Shown: positions 13,361-24,286 of the stretch, in pieces
Layout: each line of letters begins with the position of its first letter
Position numbering within the stretch: position 1 is the stretch's first letter
NCBI RefSeq assembly: GCF_006345805.1
Contig: NW_021825194.1
Coordinates: 124,001 to 188,000 of the forward strand
Source of the DNA: Octopus sinensis
Lineage: Eukaryota
DNA length: 64,000 nucleotides
Reading direction: 5' to 3'
Position numbers and translations under genes: made by a program
Notes under the pieces: model-generated
The model's input: only the letters and a program-made list of their open reading frames with translations
The model's database searches: none
Told to the model about the DNA's origin: nothing

Positions 13361-13467
13361 ATTTCTTATACGATGCACCGTTTCATCTACTGTTTAATGG
13401 TAAACTAACCTGATTAAATTAAATCAAGCCAATCTACCATAGGCCCTTAGATTCATCAGTAAGAAAT
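13361..13467 (-). ncRNA. Type I hammerhead ribozyme with extended stem II (array copy 1)
   Basis: Reverse complement of ATTTCTTA-CTGATGA-ATCTA...TAGAT-GAAA-CGG-TGCA-TCGT-A-TAAGAAAT. Confidence 0.9.
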
Positions 13468-13849
13468 AGCCAAGTCGGAACAGATATTTTTCACGAGGCA
13501 TTCCCGTCCCTGCCTCGGCAATATCTGACCTAAAATTTTCAAATCATCGCACTCGCGCCAAATTTATCGGCAGCAAATAAATATAAGCCGCCGATTCCAT
13601 TACGGAATTAACCAGAAAATTCATAATTAATCAATATAGGGTGGCAAAAAATTTTGTAGAATTTTTTTGCCACCAGCGGCCTAGTGGGAAAAAATTAAAT
13701 AGTCATAGACCATTTTTAAGTTCAACATCACAATCAAGGAACGGCCATAATAGGCCATTCACCCACTAGAAATAACAGCCAAAAGCTTTAACCGCAAAAT
13801 AACATCAATTCCGTAAACCAGGAGAAAATTAAAAAACATTTACCCTGTA

Positions 13850-13956
13850 ATTTCTTATACGATGCACCGTTTCATCTACTGTTTAATGGTAAACTAACCT
13901 GATTAAATTAAATCAAGCCAATCTACCATAGGCCCTTAGATTCATCAGTAAGAAAT
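13850..13956 (-). ncRNA. Type I hammerhead ribozyme (array copy 2)
   Basis: Same sequence as copy 1, 489 bp downstream. Confidence 0.9.
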
Positions 13957-14005
13957 AGCCAAGTCGGAACAGATATTTTTCACGAGGCATTCCCGTCCCT
14001 TGGCT

Positions 14006-14112
14006 ATTTCTTACTGATGAATCTAAGGGCCTATGGTAGATTGGCTTGATTTAATTTAATCAGGTTAGTTTACCATTAAACAGTAGACGAAACGGTGCAT
14101 CGTATAAGAAAT
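14006..14112 (+). ncRNA. Type I hammerhead ribozyme (array copy 3)
   Basis: 8-bp stem I ATTTCTTA/TAAGAAAT, CTGATGA and GAAA cores, GUA site at 14102-14104. TAGAC instead of TAGAT gives an A-C mismatch at the base of stem II. Confidence 0.85.
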
Positions 14113-14495
14113 TACAGGGTAAATGTTTTTTAATTTTCTCCTGGTTTACGGAATTGATGTTATTTTGCGGTTAAAGCTTTTGGCTGTTATTTCTAGTGGG
14201 TGAATGGCCTATTATGGCCGTTCCTTGATTGTGATGTTGAACTTAAAAATGGTCTATGACTATTTAATTTTTTCCCACTAGGCCGCTGGTGGCAAAAAAA
14301 ATTCTACAAAATTTTTTGCCACCCTATATTGATTAATTATGAATTTTCTGGTTAATTCCGTAATGGAATCGGCGGCTTATATTTATTTGCTGCCGATAAA
14401 TTTGGCGCGAGTGCGATGATTTGAAAATTTTAGGTCAGATATTGCCGAGGCAGGGACGGGTATGCCTCGTGAAAAATATCTGTTCCGACTTGGCT

Positions 14496-14602
14496 ATTTC
14501 TTACTGATGAATCTAAGGGACTATGGTAGATTGGCTTGATTTAATTTAATCAGGTTAGTTTACCATTAAACAGTAGATGAAACGGTGCATCGTATAAGAG
14601 AT
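14496..14602 (+). ncRNA. Type I hammerhead ribozyme (array copy 4)
   Basis: Intact cores. The stem I variant TAAGAGAT keeps pairing through a G-U wobble. Predicted cleavage after 14594. Confidence 0.9.
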
Positions 14603-14984
14603 TACAGGGTAAATGTTTTTTAATTTTCTCCTGGTTTACGGAATTGATGTTATTTTGCGGTTAAAGCTTTTGGCTGTTATTTCTAGTGGGTGAATGGCCT
14701 ATTATGGCCGTTCCTTGATTGTGATGTTGAATTTAAAAATGGTCTATGACTATTTAATTTTTTCCCACTAGGCCGCTGGTGGCAAAAAAATTCTACAAAA
14801 TTTTTTGCCACCCTATATTGATTAATTATGAATTTTCTGGTTAATTCCGTAATGGAATCGGCGGCTTATATTTATTTGCTGCCGATAAATTTGGCGCGAG
14901 TGCGATGATTTGAAAATTTTAGGTCAGATATTGCCGAGGCAGGGACGGGTATGCCTCGTGAAAAATATCTGTTCCGACTTGGCT

Positions 14985-15091
14985 ATTTCTTACTGATGAA
15001 TCTAAGGGACTATGGTAGATTGGCTTGATTTAATTTAATCAGGTTAGTTTACCATTAAACAGTAGATGAAACGGTGCATCGTATAAGAGAT
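14985..15091 (+). ncRNA. Type I hammerhead ribozyme (array copy 5)
   Basis: As copy 4; predicted cleavage after 15083. Confidence 0.9.
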
Positions 15092-15311
15092 TACAGGGTA
15101 AATGTTTTTTAATTTTCTCCTGGTTTACGGAATTGATGTTATTTTGCGGTTAAAGCTTTTGGCTGTTATTTCTAGTGGGTGAATGGCCTATTATGGCCGT
15201 TCCTTGATTGTGATGTTGAATTTAAAAATGGTCTATGACTATTTAATTTTTTCCCACTAGGCCGCTGGTGGCAAAAAAAATTCTACAAAATTTTTTGGCA
15301 CCCTATATTGA

Positions 15312-15354
<43 letters not shown>

Positions 15355-15360
<6 letters not shown>

Positions 15361-15856
15361 TTAGAGATAAAACCACTATTAGGCAAATCAAACAGTGAAA
15401 AGCATATACCAAAACATAAAAGTAAATATAATTAATATAATATACAAAATATATAAAATATAAAATTCAAAATTTAAATTATTTCAATTTAAAACTAAAT
15501 TGTAAATTAGATTATTGTAATTCGAATTGGGTTATGGCCATGAAACGTACTTAGTGGTTTTACTTATTATATTATATTAAACTTTTTAATACTTTTTGAT
15601 AGTTATTTAAAAAACAAAAAAACTTAAAAAATTAAAAATTAAAAGTTAAAAAATTTATAAATTTTAAATTTTAAAATATTTAAAAACTTTTATATTTTAT
15701 ATATATTGTATATTATATTAATTATATTTATTTTTATGTTTTGGTTTATGCTTTTCACTAATAGTGGTTTTATCTCTAATTTAATTTATATTTATACTGT
15801 GAAATTTGATTTAATCCTAAATCTAATTTTTCCCTGTAAGTTTGGATTTACTCCCT

Positions 15857-15862
<6 letters not shown>
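15355..15862. repeat. Inverted pair of partial copies of the AT-rich PLE UTR/pLTR seen at 945-1366
   Basis: 15355-15500 matches about 1030-1200 directly; 15500-15862 matches about 945-1330 in reverse complement. Confidence 0.7.
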
Positions 15863-15892
<30 letters not shown>

Positions 15893-15947
15893 GTCCATAT
15901 ATATATATATGCATATATACATCTATATATATGCATCTATATATATA

Positions 15948-16345
15948 CATGTAAATTTAGATTTAAAATAATATGGGTGAAAATTTGAATATTAATTTGA
16001 TTAGTATGAATTTAAAACCAGTGGTGTAGCATATAAGACTATAGCAGATCTTCTAGCAGAATGGATGTCCAGTTACAGTTCATCCCTGTTATATAATAGT
16101 TTCATTTTAATGGTTTCAGTATTAAAGTGAAAGTATCTGACATTACAATAGAGATTTGTTTTTCTTTCACTTTTGACACGTAATACTGAAATAGTAGAGA
16201 AGATATGATATTGCTTTGGGCTCGCCCTAGGCAAGAAGTTAAAAAGTATTTTTGCCCATGACACTACATGGACCCTAAGTAAGTAGTTCTCAAGTTTTAG
16301 GGATTCACGCAGACAGACCGATACATTTTCTCAGTTTTATATATA
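15948..16345 (+). mobile_element. Second copy of non-autonomous family A (small internal deletion)
   Basis: Long match to 5071-5490 (e.g. CTTCTAGCAGAATGGATGTCCAGTTACAGTTCATCCCTG). Confidence 0.75.
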
Positions 16346-17149
16346 TATATCGCCCGAAAAATGCCGATCGAGAATTGTTAATACTGACGCCAATTTCCAT
16401 TGCCTCATCACTTAAGCTCGCTCGATTCTTCGGGTTTTTCCGGACTTGTTTCCGTATTCGTATTTATGTTTTCATCATCAAAATTATTGGATGATTTAGA
16501 GATTTGTTAATGTGTATACATAAAATTAATATAAGCAGCGGGTTGCAATGTTTCATGAAAAAGAAGTATAATTGTTACTAAATGTGACAGGGGTGGTAAG
16601 AAACACATACATTACAAGAACTAAGAGGTAAGATGCTCTAATGCTGTAGTTAACGTACATGAAAACAGGGACTTGAGCGTTAACTACATTTTTCGGACGA
16701 TTCAGATCCCTGTTACTATACATGTTTTCGTTTATGTGCGTTAACTGCAGCATTAGAGCATTTTAGCTCTTATTTCTAGCAATGTAGGTATTTCTTAACA
16801 CACTAGTCACATTTAGTGACAATTATAATTTTCCTCTTTGGTGAAACATTGCAACGCGTAAATATCGAACGCTGGGAATGCGTACTCAGCACCGCAAAGG
16901 TGGATAAGTATTCTTTATTTGTTTGTGTAGATTAAAACACGGAAGGTCACGCCAGAATTTGGTAAACAAAAAGCACAGGACATCAGAGGGATCAACTCTT
17001 AGATGGTCATCTTTCTTCGATTCGGCTTTTGGAAAAATTGAAATTCATTAAAATTCTTTCATATGGATGCATACACATACTTGCATTAATGTTAGCTTGT
17101 TGAAAAAAAAAATTAGCGACAGAGGTGACACCAGTGCATGTAGGCATTG

Positions 17150-17685
17150 GACATTTATTTCCCCGCAAGCGATATAAACAAGAATGCATGTTGCACCAGA
17201 AAGGCAATACGAGAGTTTCTCTCATGGTAACTACCGTAGTCAAGTTTGTTCTAATCGAACATCCACGTTTGTGTAGGGTTAAATATTACCTCTCAGTATT
17301 AATACTGCCTCTGCCGCTAATATATATTTTAACAAGCTCACTGGCTAATTGCAACACCAATGCCTGTTCTGGTATAGTCAATCTATATTTTGCTGGAGGG
17401 GTCATGAATCGCTGCTGTCTCTAGCGGTGGAGTAACCATCATTGACAAGACCAAATTCAAAATCATCTGAATCCGGCGGTCTCGGCAATGGAAATAGCAA
17501 GGATTTATCTCCCTGCGAGCGATATAAACAATAGTGCATTTTACACGAAAATGCCAATACGTGAGTTTCTCTCATGGTAACTACCACAGTAATGTTTTTT
17601 TTTAATAGAACATCTACATTTAAGTGGGGATGAATATTACCTCTCGGTATTAAGACTGCATCTGTCGCTAATATATACTTTTGCT
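17150..17685. repeat. Diverged direct duplication of about 180 bp (17150-17330 / 17500-17685)
   Basis: Shared GCGATATAAACAA, GAGTTTCTCTCATGGTAACTACC, AATATTACCTCTC.GTATTAA and GCTAATATATA blocks. Confidence 0.8.
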
Positions 17686-18583
17686 GTCCTCTTTGTTTTC
17701 TCATTAAAGTGTCGTCTTTTTACTTACATAGGTATGAATAAAAGTATATGCAAGAAGTAATTTATCTGTTCTCTCCTTTCATGTATCTGTAGCAATACTC
17801 ATAGACTCAAACAAAAAAATTCAAGACACACACAGGATTACACGGTCTGAATCTCAGGCACACGTTGTCTTCTGACGAGTGTGATGATAAAGCTTCGCTG
17901 CTCTGAAATGTGTGTCGTTCATTTTTAAATCGATACAACCCACATATTTTGTGTGTGTGTGTATGCTCATTGACTGATCCAGCCAGCAATCCGAGTGTTA
18001 GTAATTCATTTTATTTTGTGCAGGTTACTTGTCTATCCGTGTTTTCTATCTCTCTACTTAATTAATTAGCAACAAAATATTGGAACAGGATGCAAATTTT
18101 ATGATGAATGAACATTTACCAAACAGCAGTAAGTTTGCTTTGAAGATAATTATATAGTAAGTTATTTTATATTCAATAATAATCACTGAGCGAAATCTGA
18201 TAGAAAGCAGCTTATAGAAATTCCAAATCTGTATGCTATTATCAGGCTCCTCAACTACAAAAATAATATATTTTTCTGATTAAATGTGATACAGAGGAAG
18301 ATGATACAATAATGACTAAGAACTTTCCTTAGTTTTCCACACTACCTGAATGATTGTGTGAAGGAATTTCTATCAGCAGTATTTCCTTATTCTAAAATTT
18401 CGTGTAATGTACAGCATTAATTATAAATTATTAATCTGAACATGTTTAGGTAGGTGTATATAATTTGAATTTAAATGCCAAGATGTCTTGTATTCGAGTT
18501 TACCGAGCTTGGCAACACTATGGAAAACTGATCATATCTCAGAATGCATCAAGGCATTTATCATCATCATCGTCGTCGTCGTC

Positions 18584-18636
<53 letters not shown>

Positions 18637-19178
18637 GGGTGAGAGAGCAGTGCATACCATCAAAGTGACACTGGGGTAAAATATACGAAGCCCAGTATAC
18701 CCATCATGACCACCCATCTGATAAGGGTACACCAGGTACATGCATCACAACCATATGTGTGACATGGTGATCTCATATCAAGATAAACAGCACATGACCT
18801 TGCAAGTGGGGCCCAGTTAAAATTTTCTTCAGGTCGAGTAGCCCATCCCGCTCAAAAGGTCCCCGAATAAGGATTGTTTAAGGATGTTGAACGAAACATT
18901 CAGGTTTCCAAAGGTGAATTATTTCCAGCCCTAAAGAATCCCTCTCAACACATGGCTATGATGCTCCCCCACTACTTCTGCTCATAATCAGAGATGCACA
19001 TATCGTCAGCCACTAAGGGACATGCTCAACTGGTTAAGGTCAAACAACTGACAAGCAAATCTGTGGTATTGAGCAGAATATTTGCTGTAGCCCATCTTTT
19101 ATACCAGTACGTGATAACATTTCCAGTCAGTTAAGATCAGAAGCCACGAGAGCCACTGCCTAGTACTGCACCAGGGCA
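18637..19178 (-). mobile_element. About 540-bp non-coding insert embedded in (TAA)n, probably a retroelement 3' UTR or non-autonomous derivative
   Basis: Complex sequence bounded by ATT arrays on both sides, like the neighbouring Dong 3' ends; no homologous ORF recognised. Confidence 0.45.
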
Positions 19179-19272
19179 ATTATTTATTATTATTATTATT
19201 ATTATATTATTATTTATTATTATTATTATTATTATTATCATCATTATCATCATTATTATTATTATTATTATA

Positions 19273-19310
<38 letters not shown>

Positions 19311-19354
19311 TATTATTATTATTATTATCATCATCATCATCATCATTATTATTA

Positions 19355-19400
<46 letters not shown>

Positions 19401-19409
19401 TTTATTACT

Positions 19410-19545
19410 TTTTTTTCTTCTTTCAAATTTTCTTCCATTTCTTGCCGTGTGTCTTCCCGACTCCTAGGGCAAAGAAACTCATAGTGTATATTGGTAGGCC
19501 ATTAAACCAAACTCAGTAGTTCGTTTATATTATTTATTTATTTTT
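19410..19545 (-). mobile_element. Short 3'-UTR-like fragment followed by a (TAA)n tail
   Basis: Minus strand GCCCTAGGAGTCGGGAAGACAC..AAGAAAAAAAG then TAATAA; context as in the Dong cluster. Confidence 0.35.
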
Positions 19546-19574
19546 TTTTTAAGTTAAATTAAAATACATGAGCA

Positions 19575-19693
19575 GCAACAGTTCTCACATCGACAATGCT
19601 CTTCTCAATACGTGTGATGTACCAGTTAAGACAATATGCTCTTCTCAATACGTGTGATGTACCAGATGCTCTTCTCAATACGTGTGATGTACC
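19575..19693 (-). mobile_element. Extreme 3' end of an R4/Dong-like ORF, three tandem reiterations
   Basis: ATGCTCTTCTCAATACGTGTGATGTACCA occurs three times; the minus strand encodes GTSHVLRRA, homologous to the GTAHILRR C-terminus of the Dong copies. Confidence 0.7.
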
Positions 19694-19703
19694 ATTATTA
19701 TTA

Positions 19704-19756
<53 letters not shown>

Positions 19757-19771
19757 TATTATTATTATTAC

Positions 19772-19811
<40 letters not shown>

Positions 19812-19815
<4 letters not shown>

Positions 19816-20122
19816 GTTTGACTTTTGCGTTATATTTGTACAAGTTGGCTCCAAGTCTCACCCAGAGACCTCAAGAGACAAGTTGGAAGTTCATGTTGGT
19901 TTTATGCCTAGGGTGCCATATATATGGTTTTGTACTTAGTGTTGTACTAGTGAATGTCTAAAAAACCATACGAAAATTATGTTTGTTTTAAAACTTGAGA
20001 TTACATAGAAAGTATTTTGCATAGGATATGAGCAGTTCCCATGAGTACTGTCTTTTGAATTTTTATTATTATTATTATATTATATTATTATTATTATTAT
20101 TATTTTATTATTATTATTATAC

Positions 20123-20153
<31 letters not shown>

Positions 20154-20175
20154 TATTATATTATTATCATTATTA

Positions 20176-20253
<78 letters not shown>

Positions 20254-20255
20254 TA

Positions 20256-20296
<41 letters not shown>

Positions 20297-20321
20297 CTAT
20301 TATTATTATTATTACTATTAC

Positions 20322-20371
<50 letters not shown>

Positions 20372-20692
20372 GTTTGACTTTTGCTTTATATTTGTACAAG
20401 TTGGCTCCAAGTCTCACCCAGAGACCTCAAGAGACAAGTTGGAAGTTCATGTTGGTTTTATGCCGAGGGTGCCATATATATGGTTTTGTACTTAGTGTTG
20501 TACTAGTGAATGTCTAAAAAACCATACGAAAATTATGTTTGTTTTAAAACTTGAGATTACATAGAAAGTATTTTGCATAGGATATGAGCAGTTCCCATGA
20601 GTACTGTCTTTTGAATTTTTATTATTATTATTAATATTATTATTATTATTATTATATTATTATTATTATTATTATTATTATTATCATTATTA

Positions 20693-20725
<33 letters not shown>

Positions 20726-20747
20726 TATATTATTATTATTATTATTA

Positions 20748-20788
<41 letters not shown>

Positions 20789-20809
20789 TATTATTATTAT
20801 TACTATTAC

Positions 20810-20864
<55 letters not shown>

Positions 20865-21107
20865 GTTTGACTTTTGCTTTATATTTGTACAAGTTGGCTC
20901 CAAGTCTCACCCAGAGACCTCAAGAGACAAGTTGGAAGTTCATGTTGGTTTTATGCCGAGGGTGCCATATATATGGTTTTGTACTTAGTGTTGTACTAGT
21001 GAATGTCTAAAAAACCATACGAAAATTATGTTTGTTTTAAAACTTGAGATTACATAGAAAGTATTTTGCGTAGGATATGAGCAGTTCCCATGAGTACTGT
21101 CTTTTGA

Positions 21108-21110
<3 letters not shown>
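19812..21110 (-). repeat. Three 250-bp copies of a Dong-like 3' end (last about 20 codons + 3' UTR) separated by (TAA)n
   Basis: Copies at 19812-20061, 20368-20617 and 20861-21110, near-identical to 22653-22901; encode IQKTVLMGTAHIL(R/C)KILSM*. Confidence 0.9.
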
Positions 21111-21178
<68 letters not shown>

Positions 21179-21189
21179 CATTATCATTG

Positions 21190-21259
<70 letters not shown>

Positions 21260-21277
21260 TACTATTATTATTACTAC

Positions 21278-21314
<37 letters not shown>

Positions 21315-21336
21315 TTAATTTTTATTATTATTATTA

Positions 21337-21427
<91 letters not shown>

Positions 21428-21465
21428 CATTATTATTATTATTATTATTATTATTTTTATTTTTA

Positions 21466-21559
<94 letters not shown>

Positions 21560-21562
<3 letters not shown>

Positions 21563-22581
21563 TAGTTTTATTTTTATAGCGTGCTTTCACTTCACTACCG
21601 AACGCAGCTCTGTGTGCCTTGGGTATGTGCTGTAATTTGTTGTGATGCTCTGATGGTTATTGTATGGAAAGCGTTCTGCGTAGGATGTGTGCAGTGCCTA
21701 GTAGTGCAATTTTCTGTATGTTATATGTGTTTGTAAGTCCTGGTGTTTTTGTTATGTATTTGTCTGAATATTTTTTTATCATGCCTAATGCATCTATTAT
21801 GATAGGAATTGTTTCTGTTTTCAGATTCCACATTCTAGTTACCTCTATTTCCAGGTCTTTGTATTTTGAGAGTTTTTCCATTTCTTTTAGAGACACGTTG
21901 TCATCTGCCAGTATTGATACATCAATTAGAAAGCATTTTTTTTCTTCATGATCTCTGACAACTATATCTGGTCTGTTGGCCTTAATTTCTCTATCTGTGT
22001 GTATCGGCATATCCCAGAGTATGGTTGCTTTCTCGTTTTCTGTGACCTTTTTCTGGTGTATGCCTATACCATCTTTTTTCTGGTGTTATTCCATAATGTT
22101 GGCATAGCTTCCAATGTATGTAGGTTCCAACTCTGTCATGTCTGTGAATATATTCCTTCTTAGCCAGGACCTGGCAGCTAGAGATAATATGATTTATTGT
22201 TTCTTGTCCATCTCCACATATTCTGCAGTTACTTGTAATATTTTTTTTCATTACATGTTTTTGGTAATTTCTGGTGGGGAGGCTTTGGTCTTGTGCTGCA
22301 ATTAAAAATCCCTCTGTTTCTGCTTTGAGTCCTGAGCTTCTCAACCATTGCTGGGATTTTTCTTTGTCTATTTCTTTTGCGTTTAGTTTAGTCCAGTATT
22401 TACCATGAAGGGGCTTTTCTTGCCATCTTTTTATCATGGTTCGTTGCTGTTCTATTTTTAGTTTGGGTTTCATTTGTTTTATAGCTTTTGTTGTTTCTTC
22501 ATCTTCTTCTTCTTCTTCATGTTTATTAGGTGGTATGATTTCTTGTTTGTATTTGTCAGCTTCCTTAAATACTAAGAACAG

Positions 22582-22585
<4 letters not shown>
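21560..22585 (-). mobile_element. 5'-truncated R4/Dong-clade non-LTR retrotransposon (zinc knuckle + restriction-like endonuclease)
   Basis: WQEKPLHGKYW, ETEGFLIAAQDQ, CRICGDGQETINHIISSC (CCHC), RPDIVV..CFLID..KE.EK..KYKDL (PD-(D/E)xK type), LLGTAHILRRTL; (TAA)n at both ends. Confidence 0.85.
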
Positions 22586-22652
<67 letters not shown>

Positions 22653-22656
<4 letters not shown>

Positions 22657-24230
22657 GTTTGACTTTTGCTTTATATTTGTACAAGTTGGCTCCAATTCTC
22701 ACCCAGAGACCTCAAGAGACAAGTTGGAAGTTCATGTTGGTTTTATGCCTAGGGTGCCATATATATGGTTTTGTACTTAGTGTTGTACTAGTGAATGTCT
22801 AAAAAAACCATACGAAAATTATGTTTGTTTTAAAACTTGAGATTACATAGAAAGTATTTTGCATAGGATATGAGCAGTTCCCATGAGTACTGTCTTTTGA
22901 ATTTCTGCCATTTTGGGGTTTCCTGGTATCTAAGTTAGGTAGCGATCAGCCCCTTTTGCTATCATTCCCAGGGCAACTATGACAACAGGTATTGTTTTAG
23001 TCTTCAGCTTCCACATTTTGCTGATTTCTATTTCAAGATCTTTATATTTGCTCAGTTTTTGGTAGGTCTTGACAGATATATTTATATCGATTGGGTCAGT
23101 CATATCAATGAGGAGGCATGTTTTTTGTCTGAAGTCTTTCAATATGATGTCTGGCCTATTCGTATCTATCTTTCTGTCAGTTTGAATGGTGAAGTTCCAG
23201 AGGAGTGAGATGTGGTCATTTTCAAGTACTGGAGGTGGTTTGTGTTCCTACCAGTTTTTATCATGGGGCAAATCCAGGTTTTTGCAGATTACCCAGTGAA
23301 TATATTGTGCAGCTCTATCATGCCTGTTGAGATACTCTGTAGGCGCTAGAAGACTGCACTTGGAGACAACATGATCAATGGTTTCATTTTGTTGTTGACA
23401 TACACATGTTGGGCTACTGCCGTTCTTTAATATGTTGGCCTGATAGTTCCTTGTTGGTAGACATTGATCTTGAGCTGCTATGATAAACCCTCCTGTTTTA
23501 GATTTTAAGCCAGAGTCCATTAGCCATTAGTCAGGGCTTTGTCAACATCTGTATTATTCTCTCTCTTTGAGTATTTGCCATAGAAAGGTTTTTCTTGCCA
23601 TTTATCATTCAGAATATCTAAGGCAGCAGTTTTAGCACGGGTTTTTATGCGTTTAGCTTTTTCTGTGCTTGTTTTTAGTATGTCTAATTCCGAAATTTGT
23701 TGTATTCGGAATTCACTTAGATATTCCTTTGCTTGTTTTGTTACTGAGTATGATGCTTTCTTGTTTTCATGTTTTGAGACAAGTTTTAACATCCAATCCT
23801 CAGAGTTTTTCAGGTAGGTGTCGAGGCCAATTGTACCAATCTTCATTATTATTGCCAGTTGTAAAAGTCCACGGCCTCCCTCTTTTCTTGGCAGATAAAG
23901 TCGTTCTATATCTGCCTTAGGGTGGTGCATTCTATGTATTGTCAACAGTTTTCGTATTTTTCTGTCAAGATTACATATTTCAGTAATTGACCAGTTAACG
24001 ATATTGAAACTGTAAGTCACCACTGGTATGGCTAAAGCATTGATCGCTTCGATCCTGTTTCTCGCATTCAGCTCTGTCTTGAGTATTACTCTTACTCCGC
24101 GATAACATTCTCTCCTGATCCTTTCCTTCATCACTGAATGTCTTATTCCGTTCCCTTCAATTACCCCTAGGTACTTGTAGCTCTCCGCTGGGTCTAATTC
24201 TTTTATGACATTCTGCTGGTCAAGGTTAAC

Positions 24231-24232
<2 letters not shown>
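22653..24232 (-). mobile_element. 5'-truncated R4/Dong-clade element, second family
   Basis: YKYLG, ELNARNRIEAINALAIPV, RLYLPRKEGGRGL, FIIAAQDQ, ETIDHVVSKC, CLLID, KYKDLEIEI; several frameshifts; (TAA)n flanks. Confidence 0.85.

Positions 24233-24286
<54 letters not shown>

Noticed and set aside
19559-21565. Poly-I/poly-Y/poly-L ORFs
   Set aside because: (ATT)n reading frames.
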